Shown here piece after piece: positions 26,801-38,800 of a stretch of 64,000 nt of DNA; position 1 is the first letter of the stretch; the number at the start of each line of letters is the position of its first letter. Source of the stretch: Antedon mediterranea (taxonomy: Eukaryota; Animalia; Echinodermata); contig NC_092675.1 in the NCBI RefSeq assembly GCF_964355755.1, positions 6,939,812 through 7,003,811 of the forward strand. The letters run 5' to 3'. The notes beneath the pieces are model-generated. The model saw only the letters and a program-made list of their open reading frames with translations. It was not told the origin of the DNA and ran no database searches. A program made the position numbers and the translations under genes.

Positions 26801-29800
26801 ATAACAAAGCATTAATTTATACAAAACATTGACTTATATGAATGTTTTGTAGTGTCTTTTTTTCAATATTTGTTTCTGTTTGTGTTGTAAAGGTAGTTTG
26901 TCAGACTTTGCATTTTTTGTACATCAATCACCTTCAAGACCCAACAAATTGTCCCCATAAGGGTGACAACTGAATAGGGTTGACTTTAGTTTTGCATGAT
27001 ATGCTTCTGAGCATTGTTTGTTTCAAGATGTGTCTCATGAATAGAGGTGTTCGTGTTAATGTGTAATGCTACTTACATCAGTACACCTCTCACCACCGTA
27101 CCCAGCTTGACATTGACAAAAAAAACTATTCACATAATCTTGACAGGTTCCTGGAAAGAAAAAAACGATTATAAGATTATATGCCACTGTTTTAATCAAA
27201 AGTTTACAATGCTCAGTTAAATGATTTGATAACCAAACTGGCTTTTCGGTATTTCCATGTTGTGTACTGTGGAACAAAAAATTGTAATTCAGTCAATCTT
27301 TCTTTTTACCTCCGCCAAGGAGGTTATATTTTCACCCCTGTATATTTGTGTGTTTGTGTGTTGGGGTGTGTGTGTGTCTGTGAACAGCCTGGAGGCCACA
27401 GTTTTTATCCGATTCTCACCAAATTTGGCAACAATGATCTATGCCCCAAAAGCTCGGACGAGTTCGAATTTGAGGGGAAAAGGTCATAGGTCAAGGTCAC
27501 AACTAACAAAAAACTATTTTACTGCCCAGAGACCACAGTTTTTATCCGATTCTCACCAAACTTAGCCACAATGATCAATGACACATCATATAATTGTGGT
27601 TACATTTTGAAGGGTCAGGGTCAAAGATCAAGGTCCACAAAAAGCTAAAAAAAAGAAAAAAAAAAAAAAAAAAAACCTCAGTGGGACTTGAACCAGAGAT
27701 CTCAACTGTGAGAGGCTGGATACATAACCATTACACCACACTGTCATCCACAACTTTGTAGTGTGCAGTTAACATATTTACACTTAAAACTAATAAAAAA
27801 AAATGTAAAAAAAAATATTCAGGGGGCATTTTATGTAGGGGAATTTTACAGTAGGCGAATTTTACAGTAGGCGGAGGTTTGTACTCTCGGAGTACCCTCT
27901 AGTTATATATATATTTTTAATAAAAATTTCCACTTTTTTTTTTATATATATTTAAACATTATATATTTTTTTAAAAGATATTTTTCTACTAATTAACTGA
28001 CTATGTACCGTAACTTAACTTTTGTATTAATCTTCATATTGCTCATTTGTTTAATTCTGTATATTTTGTATAATGTATTTAACTACTCAGTTCGCAATTC
28101 AGTTTATACTGCCATGAATTGTTTTATGTATATACTTTATGATGAATAAAAGATACCGAAATATATATATGAAATGCGTGTGATAATTACCATAAATTCC
28201 ACATGGGCTGGAAGCACATTCATTAATGTTTTCTTGACAGAATTGTCCTGAATATCCCGGTAAACAAGTGCACGTAGGATCACCAACACCACCAGGTGGA
28301 GGATTGCAAATAGCACCATTGCGGCACGGGTTATTTGAGCAAGCAGCCTCAAACTCGCATCGGATGCCAGTACGAGTGCTAGGGCATTCGCAGTTGTATT
28401 GTCCAATGCCATCAATGCATGTACCACCTCCCAGACAAGGACCGGATGCACATTCATTGACTTCAAATTGACACAGACTTCCTTTGAATTAAAAACAAAC
28501 ATGGTAAATAAATGATAATGTCTTATTTTAAAATCAGCAGCCATAGACATAATAAGAACTAGATAGTGAACTCACAAACACAGATCAAAAGTAAGTAACA
28601 ATGGAGAGGGACCGCCAAATATGGCTGCAGCAATCAGACAATAAGATACACCAATTAGAAGTTGTGTCAACTAGTCAGTCACGCACTATGTCATATTTCT
28701 TATACTGTATGTTCCTTGTATTTGTATGCAACAATTTACAAAAAAAATATTCATTAATTAAGAGTTAATTTTATAAAAACTGAACCGTTAAATATATTAT
28801 AGAAATATTCTGATTTATATAGTTATTGTTTTAATACACTAAATTGATGATTATAATGTAAAAGGTATATATGGCCGCCATTTTGGGGAGTCCCTACTGC
28901 TTCGCTGTCACATTAGAAAGAAAACAACTCCATATTCTTCTATAGTCACATAGTAATGTCTCCAATTTGCATCTTTCTTTGATTCATTTTCATCTATTTA
29001 AAAACCTTAACATATTTTAATTTAACAAACTGACTAAAATTACTTTAAAAACTCTTACCAAAATATCCTTCATTACACTGACATTGGTAACCATTAACAA
29101 GGTCAACGCACTCTCCATCCGCACTACAAGGTGAACTACTACACTCATTAATGTCTTCGTTACATAGCAAGTTGGTATATCCTGGCGGACAGTTACAGGA
29201 GAATGCACCGGTGCCGTCATTTTGACATGCTGCTCCATTCTCGCAAGGATTCGAAGAACAGGCATCAAGGAAAATTTGACAATTTGTACCAGTGAAAGAC
29301 TGAGGGCAAACACACGTGTATCTGTTGACCAGATCAAGGCAAGTACCTAAAATAAAAACATAGATTTTAATTACACATTATAGTTAAGTTGTTAATACTA
29401 GAGGGTGAGCTCGCTCCCCCTCTAGGATGTGTAGACGATGGTTCTCGGAATGATAATGTTCTCCTTATACGTTTTCTGTCGGTTACCATTATTGAAAATG
29501 CTTGACATTCGTAAAACTAAACTACTTTGTTTCACAGTGTTTTAGATGATTATTAACATTTTAAAGTATAGTTTTTATTGTTTAGGGCCCTTTGGGGAGG
29601 CGGAGGTCATTTGAGGGAGGTGCTTATTCGAGGGATATATGTTAAATTTTTTAGTTTTAATAATATGGTAACATTTATAATCAAATGAAATCCTCTAATA
29701 GATATAAAAAGTGCTAAAAAAGAATAACAAATGCTTGGTAAATTGTAGATAACAGTGCGGTGAATTCTACTACAAATAGTATAATTTTGTTATTATAAAT

Positions 29801-32800
29801 ATGTGGATGGACGTTTATTAGATAGTTGGGTTGGGGGGGGGGGGGGAGGGGGGTTTATTATTCAAAGTGATGTTTTATTGGAGAGGCGTTTATTCAAATG
29901 AATACCATCCTAATAATTATTAATACATTATTTAATTTAATCGTCTTTTGAAACTGCCGTAACAGAGTGGGCCCAAGAAAGAAGACATTACGGCTTGCAA
30001 CATGGGCAGACATCTCGGTCCTAACGGGACACAGGAAGATAGCCTACAGTTATTCCTGCAAGCTTACTCAATAAAACTCAGCTATCGGGATTTCACTCGA
30101 AAAATGTCTTATCATCAAATCTCCCTATGTAATTTTATAATACTATTCCCCACAAATATTCTGATTCTTTATGACGTATATTTAATTTGATCTTTATTAA
30201 TTTGCAGTATAATTTAACTACTGTACCTTCACACACGCGTGGTATGTTTTAAAATAAACAAAAAACTGAAATGGCTATGACTAATGGCCAACCACTCCTA
30301 CTATCTGATTTTTTTTTCGTCTTCCAAAGGGACACTGTATTGATTGATGGAAAGTGCCTGTTTCCAGTCACCTTTAGGGTCAAATCTATTATTTTAACTG
30401 CTCCCTTGTGTTTAAAAGAGAGAAAATATTTGAAACTAAGGTTGTTGCAAGGTGAACTTATCTTAAACCCGGAAATTACTTTGACCGGGAAGAATTGAAA
30501 TTGAGAGGAAAATCTAATGTTGAAATCATAAATGTTGTTAAAAAACTCTTTATAATATCTTCCTAAGATATAAATATGGAACAATAGCGTCGGCGTGAAC
30601 ACTAATGTTATCAAATCTACGTTTCGCGGTACATCTCGGATAGATAAGGTAGGTATCCAAGGCGGAGATTTGTACCGAAGTTTTTGCATTGTGCTCGCCT
30701 ATGTCAGAATTAACCATAATTTATATATAGATGATGAGGCTATATTTATGCTTATTGGTAGTTTTGGTGGCAATATACATGATTTATCTGACATTATTAA
30801 AGTATATTCATTTATTTGATCTTATCAAGCGCCTTGAGCACCATTGGTGGTGAAGTGCGCTCTAGATATCTGTATTATTACAAACATTTAGGTGGATTCC
30901 ATGCTACTTCAAAGTTATCTTATCTTATTCTTTGGAACAAGTGTCCTGTTCTTGCTGTAGAACATTATTGCCTCTCATTTGCTTTTACCAAGCCAACAAT
31001 AAACTCAAATTGTATGATTTTCAGGGGCTAAGAACACTCGTAAAATACATGAAAATACTAAATACTCAAGGTACAGTACAGAATGATGATTATGATTACT
31101 ATTCATTTTTAAAAAACATACACAAATGTTATTGAGTAAAGCTAAAGAGACAGAATAAAAAATGTACCTGTGTTAAAGCAGGGGTTACTGGAGCACTCAT
31201 CTATTTCTATCTCACATTGTGTGCCTGTGAAACCACTTGCACATTCACAACGATACGCATTCAATTGTTCTACACAAACGGCGCCGTTACGACATGGACT
31301 ACTGCTACACTCTTGCGCTTCCGTTTCGCACCTATCACCAATATAACCGGGAGTACATGAACAGCGGTAACCGGCAACGATATCTTGACATGTTCCACCT
31401 CGTAAACAAGGGTTACTTAAACATTCATCTATTTCGTTACTGCAAATAGGTCCTTGATAACCCGCTGCACACTGGCATGTGAAAGCATCAAATAGATCTG
31501 TGCATGCTCCGCCATTTTGACACGGGTTAGATAAGCATTCGTTATATTCAGTTTGACATTGATCACCCTGATGTGAAGGAGGGCATGAACATGTAAACAT
31601 CGCAATTCCATCTGCGCAAGTTCCACCATTCAGACATGGAAAACTTGCACATTCATTTACATTGACGTCACAAAAGGTTCCAGAGAATCCATTAGGGCAT
31701 GTACATATGTAACCATTTATCTGATCCACACAAACAGCACTGTTACTGCATGGAGAACTGGCGCATTCATCAATGTTAAACTCGCATCTTGTTCCGATGA
31801 ACCCTGGTTGACAAGTACAGTCATAGCTACCTACTTGATCGTTACAAACTGCTCCATTAAGACAAGGACTAGAAAAAAATGTAATTCTCAAATATCGGTA
31901 CTCAGATTAGAAAACATGAATTCAACAACATTTATTTTATCAATGACTCAGTATAACTATAAACAAATAAAAAATAGATTTGATATAAAGAAACCATAAT
32001 AGGATCATTACTAGAAGACAAAAATCTTGTCACAGACTGTAAGACCCTTTTAGAGTAATGAATATTTACATTGTTGATTTACAGACTAAACAAATCCAAA
32101 TTTGATCAATAAAATCAATAAAACAAATAAAACAGAATAGTACTATAAATAATAATAGTTATTCATGAACACTTTAATACAATGATAGATAACATCTTTT
32201 TAATTTATTTCGAAAGGTAAAAACAAGTTAAACTTTTAATAGTGAAATCCAACTCGTTCCAGAGTCTGGGACCTGAAACGGAAATAGAAAATTGCAAACT
32301 TCTAAGTCTTCTAAATGGAATATTTAACGGGAAGTTACACTGCATGCTACGAAGTTTATAATTATGATAATGTATGACATTATTAAATAAATTAATTATA
32401 GAAGTAGGAATATTATTGTGAATATATTCAAAAATAAAAGAGGCCACTTGGCATTTATGTATGTCCAATAAATGTAGCAACTTTGTTGAAAAGTTCTTTG
32501 AATAAATAGGAAGTTCATTTTATTAACAGGAAACAGGGACAATATTAAAAATAATTTATATTAAGACAGTTACTGAAAATTATCTTTAAATGTTGTGCAA
32601 TTAAGAATTTTTAAATTTCACCTATTTCATAAAATTTGAAGAAATGAACACCAAAATAATCAACTAAACATATTTACACACATTTCAGTAGTTGAATTGT
32701 GATCAATGTGAATTAATATTAGTTAAAACAATAAAAATTTACTTGATAATTTAGAGGTTTATTCGGTTACTTACCTACTTGAACATTCAAAGAGTTCTGA

Positions 32801-35800
32801 GCCGCATGTGGTTCCTACATAACCAATTGGACAAACACATGAATAGCTATTTGCTTGGTCAACACAGGTAGCACCATTTTCGCAAGGGGAACTATCACAC
32901 TCGTTTAAATCCAGATCACAATCCACACCCACGGTTCCAGAAACACATACACACTGATAACCTTGAAATTGGTCAATGCATTGTGCATTGTTTTGACATG
33001 GGTTTGGGTCACACTGGTTGTCGTCCGTCTCGCAATTTGTACCTATCCAATCACCGGTGCATTCACAAGTGTACCCTCCAAGTAGATTTCGGCAATTTCC
33101 TAGGAATCAAGAAAAGAATTAAACTTATTGTCAGCTAAATAAAATTTCACACTTTTAATATCTTTTACATAAAGTTGAAATAATTTCACTAAGTTAACAA
33201 TAATCTTAATTGTTACCAATTTTAAAATAAAGTTACTTGGGTGAAAATGCACGCTCTCAAGCAAGTTACTAACTAAGTATTTATTCTTCAGGTCTTCAGG
33301 AAAATGTGGGTTGTGGAAAATGAATTCAGCTTACCTCCGTTCTGGCAAGGAAAACTTTCACATTCGTCAATGACATCCTGCGCGCAGTTTGTACCTGCGT
33401 ACCCAATGGGACATTCGCAACGGTACGCTTTCACAAGATCTACACACGTTCCACCAAACTGACATGGATCGCTAAGACACTGATCACCATCACTTTCACA
33501 ATTACTTCCACTGAATCCAGACTGGCACCGGCAGCGGTAGGCATTTAATAGATCTTCACAGAATCCTAGATTACAAAGAAAAAGTTTAGTCTAACTATAA
33601 GTTATAAAGCAATATGGTAAATAATATCGTATCAGCATTTGTAGCATAGGTTTTAAAACTGCCTGTGCTCTATTTATAAGCAAGATACTTTCATCTTATC
33701 GCCTCGTTTTTTGGATAGGATGTAAATCTGTTGGTCACATGTACAATACATTGCACATGGTAAAGAACTTGTATACAGTACTATTCAGAAAGAACAAGGA
33801 AATGTCTCTCGGTGTACTCATCATGGTTCTGGGGTCTCTAAGAGAAGTGTCTTATACTGAAGACATCAAACAAGTATATAAATCAAATAAATAGAGACAA
33901 GAAATGGGCCACAGAATAATTTTTTTTTAAACATTAAGAGTGACATATGACCAAAATGTTTGAAAAAAACTCCTCACCTCCATTAAAACATGGATTGCTA
34001 GAACATTCATCAATGTCAGTTTCACATCGGGTTCCTGTGTATCCAAGAATACAGGAACAAACGAAGTAATTCACGGCATCAACACATGTTCCTCCATTGA
34101 TACAAGGATTCGATGCGCATTCATCTGTCTCAGTTTGGCAAAAACTCCCTTCATATCCCGACTGGCAAGCACAGGTAAATGAGTCGATGCCGTCCACACA
34201 TTGTCCAAAGTTTTGACAGGGTTGGTTTATGCAGTTATCTATATTTGTCTCACAATTAAAGCCTGTAGTGAAGTAAAGAATTAATTGTAAATTGCTAGAA
34301 ATCTGCAAAAGTCAGTTTCATTTAATAAATATAACTGTGTATGATATATTATCCTAATCATTAGTTGAAAAATACATCTGTTTTAAAAAAGATACTATGG
34401 TAATTCCGAAAAATCACAACCATAAACCATCATTGATTCTATGCTTTTACATCATAAATTTGGTATATGTGCCTAGGATTGCCAGTATCAAATGTAATCA
34501 CTCCACTCAAGGGGGACAACCAGAAAAAATAGACTAGATTCTCTGTACCTATAAATACCAAGTCTTTGGGAGTGGAGTCTTGACAGGACCTGAACCAAGG
34601 AACCACAAAGCTACAACTCCACTCCATTAACATATGCATCTGAATAATCACCTGTAAACCCCAAGATACACTGACATGTATACTGATTAAACAAGTCAAC
34701 ACAAGTAGCTCCGTTTTGGCAGGGGTTACTGGCGCACTCCTCTGATTCGCTCTCGCATTGAGAACCAAAATAACCAGGAACACAGTAACAGAAATATGAA
34801 CCAAATCGGTCTTCACATGTAGCTCCATTTCTGCATGGGAAACTCAAACACTCATTTATTTCAGTCTCACAATGTGTACCTTAAAGTAAATACAAACAAT
34901 TGTAACAATTATACCATCACAGCATTATACACAAATTCTGTAATCGTGTTGCATATTGAACACTTTTGTATTGATGTTGTGGGCATTTATGATTTTGAAA
35001 AAGAATTTAAAATAAAGGTAGAACTGTTTATTATGTCTATGTAAAATATTAGCAATACAGCAAATATTATTATAATTATGTATGTATATATTCTACATTA
35101 AATTAATATAATGAATCATGTTATTTAAATGAAATGCATGCATGATAAAAACAAATCCCAAGAAATATTAGTAGCATTTTCAATTCATGCAAAATAAAAC
35201 AATTTGAAAATAAAACATTTCAGAACCTGTAAGAAATCAATTGAATAAATATTGAAATAATTAAGTAAAGTAACAAAAATAACTAACATATTTATTCAAA
35301 TAAATGCCCTGGGTTGTTTGTTTAGAGAGGTTTTAAGGAGGTGTAATCGAGGAAGGCTTTTATTTGAGTCAGAATTTAGTTTCTCTTTCAAATAAACTAC
35401 TGTACAATTAATAATAAGAAGTGCTTGTATCAATATTCTTTGTAAATTCTGCAGTCAATATAAAGGTAAAGGTATTTATATTTGTCCTCAAGCTTAACTG
35501 GAAACTTAGGAAATTCGGATTAGGCCCTCCACGAACCCACGGCAGCCAGCAGTGCAGCGCCTACCAGATCAGCACACCGGGAGACGATCCCCTACTCTTT
35601 TTCGAATAGTGTACCAAGTTCTTTAACGTGCACTGTTAAATACACGGGACCAACGGCTTTACATCCCATCCGAAGGATGAGGCAATGAGAGTAAAGCATC
35701 TTGCCTAAGGATACAATTAGTATGGTACAGATAACCATTACCATTACACCATCACTCTCCAGTATATACAGCACCCATCGCGATTTCTAGACGGTAAAGG

Positions 35801-38800
35801 TATTTATATTTGTCCTCAAGCTTAACTGGAAACTTAGGAAATTCGGATTAGGCCCTCCACGAACCCACGGCAGCCAGCAGTGCAGCGCCTACCAGATCAG
35901 CACACCGGGAGACGATCCCCTACTCTTTTTCGAATAGTGTACCAAGTTCTTTAACGTGCACTGTTAAATACACGGGACCAACGGCTTTACATCCCATCCG
36001 AAGGATGAGGCAATGAGAGTAAAGCATCTTGCCTAAGGATACAATTAGTATGGTACAGATAACCATTACCATTACACCATCACTCTCCAGTATATACAGC
36101 ACCCATCGCGATTTCTAGACGGTCTCCCATCCAGAACGCAACCGGGCCCAACGTTGCTTAACTTCGGTGATCTGACGAGAACCGGTGTTTCAACGCAGTA
36201 TGGCCGTATTAAAAACAAATAGAACAAATAGAAATACAGTATTGTGTGAATATACAAGCGAAAAATGGGGCGGAATTTGAGGAGAAATTTTATTTGAAAA
36301 GAGCTCTCCATGGGTGGGGGGAGGTGGGTGTCTATATTTGAATAAATATACATCATTTTCTAAGAACATTTAATCTAAAATCATTACAAAATAGGGAAAA
36401 GTTTTTACCTGTAAATCCCATAGCACAATTGCATTCGTACCGATTAATAAGATCAATACATTCGCCTTGGTTGAGGCACGGCCCGCTACCGCATTCAGGA
36501 TAATCTAGGTCACAGTTTATGCTATAGTAACCGTCGGCACAATTACAAACGTAACCGTTGAACCTATCAGAGCAGATTGCACCGTTCAAACATGGACCAC
36601 TGGCGCATTCATCTAATTCCTGTTCGCACAAACGCCCAGTGAATCCATCAGAGCATTCACACAAATATGCATTCAAAAAATCTAGACATTGTCCGCCATT
36701 TCGACATGGGTTACTTTCACACTCGTTAATTATTATTTCGCAGTGAATACCTTCAAATCCTGGAATACATGTGCAAGAATAGCCATTAACTAGATCATTA
36801 CAAATTGCACCATTATTACACGGATTGTCTTCACAATCGTTGACATCAATTTCACAGTTATCACCCTGATAACCAATTAAGCATGAACATATATAACCAT
36901 TTTGTCCATCTAAACATCCCGCGCCGTTTAGACATGGATTTGAGAGACATTCATTGATGTTAATTTCACAGATAGTACCAGAGAATCCTTGTGGACATAT
37001 GCAAGTGTATCCACCAATGTCTTCAGTACAAATAGCTTGATTTAAACATGGGTCACTGTCACATTCTTGAATTTCTGTTTGACAGTTTACACCAGTAAAA
37101 CCATTTGCGCAAACACAGACATACCGATTTGATTCGTCAGTACAAACACCTCCGTTTGAACATGGACTGCTAGCGCATTCATTAATATTGTTCGCACAAT
37201 TATCCCCGGAAAATCCTGAAGGGCAATCACATGTATAGCCGTTTATTTGATCTGTACATGGTGCATTAACGCATGGTGATGATGAGCATTCATTGATGTT
37301 GGTTTGGCAACCAGTTCCGTCAAAGCCTGGAGGACATTGGCAAACATAATAACCGACAAAATCAATGCATGTTGCTTGGTTTCTACAAGGATTACTTTCA
37401 CATTCGTTTAACTCAACTTCACATAGTGTGCCACCAAAACCAAGACTACAGCTACAAGTGAAGCTGTTAATATCATCATTACATGTTGCTGGACTTAGGC
37501 ATGGGCTACTACTACATTCATCAATATCAATCTCACAATGAGTTCCTGTGAAACCAATGATGCAAAGGCACCGGTATCCACCTTGTTGATCTATACATGT
37601 CGCACCATTCTGGCAGGGAGAGCTTCCACATTCAATGATTTCAGTTTCACAATTGTTTCCGAAAAATCCTGTTGTGCAAACACAGATATAACTTTCAGTG
37701 CTCTGAAAACATGTGCCACCATTCCTACAAGGACTGCTGTTGCATTCATCTATGTCAACTTCGCAATTCTGTCCACTGTAACCAACCGCACAGACGCATG
37801 TATAACCACCAGGCTCGTTATTACACGTAGCTCCATTCTGACATAAATTAATTTCGCATTCATCCTGATCGACTTCACATCGTACACCACTAAACCCAGT
37901 AGGGCATGCACAAGAGTAACTGTTTACAGAATCTATACAGTCACCATTATTTAAACATGGTGTGCTCAGACATTCATCTGTATTGATCTCACATAGAGTT
38001 CCTTGAAATCCTGGTTGACACACACATTGAAATAAGTTGATGTTATTCTGACAAATAGCATTATTAAAGCATGGTTGACTGTCACATTCATTGATATCAA
38101 CTTCGCATAAATTTCCCACAAAGCCATCCAAACAAATACAATTGAATCCATTAAGTTCATCAAAACAAAATCCAGTATTGAGACATGGTGAACTTGAACA
38201 TTCGTCAATTTCAACCTCACATCGTGCACCTTGAAATCCAGGCCTACATATGCACTGGTAGCCATTCAGCTCATCAACACACTGAGCGCCATTGCGACAT
38301 GGGTTACTGCCGCACTCACGAATCTCCTCTTCACAATGTGAGCCTTGATACCCGGCAACACATAGACACACATATCCATTCACTTGGTCGTCGCAAGTAC
38401 CTGCATTCTGACACGGAAAACTTGAACATTCGTCAATATCTATTTCGCAGTTCGTCCCTGAATACCCATCGTTACACACACACAGGTAAGAATTAATATT
38501 GTCAACACATACTGCATTGTTTGAACATGGATTACATGTGCATTCATTTGTTTCTAATTCACAATGGGTGCCATAGAAACCAGACGGGCATGAGCAGGTG
38601 TACCCAGCTATACGGTCATTACATGTAGCACCGTTTTGACATGGCTGACTGTTACATTCGATAATATTTTCATTACAAGTAACTCCTACAAAACCTTCTG
38701 TGCAATTACATTCAAATGCATTTATCAGATCTAAACATTCAGCTCCATTACGACATGGCTGGTTGGCACATTCGTTGACCTCTGTATCGCACAAAATCCC

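Noticed and set aside
27676-27745. Functional tRNA gene (also 20998-21062, about 16450-16510 and about 63935-63975)
   Set aside because: Stems are incomplete or mismatched; these are best read as pseudo-tRNAs or SINE heads.
35592-36102. Two identical 60-aa ORFs as duplicated small genes
   Set aside because: They lie in the duplicated SINE body and start at non-ATG codons.
36092-36208. Functional 5S rRNA gene
   Set aside because: Diverged 3' third and internal control region, no T-run terminator, and fused to a SINE body.
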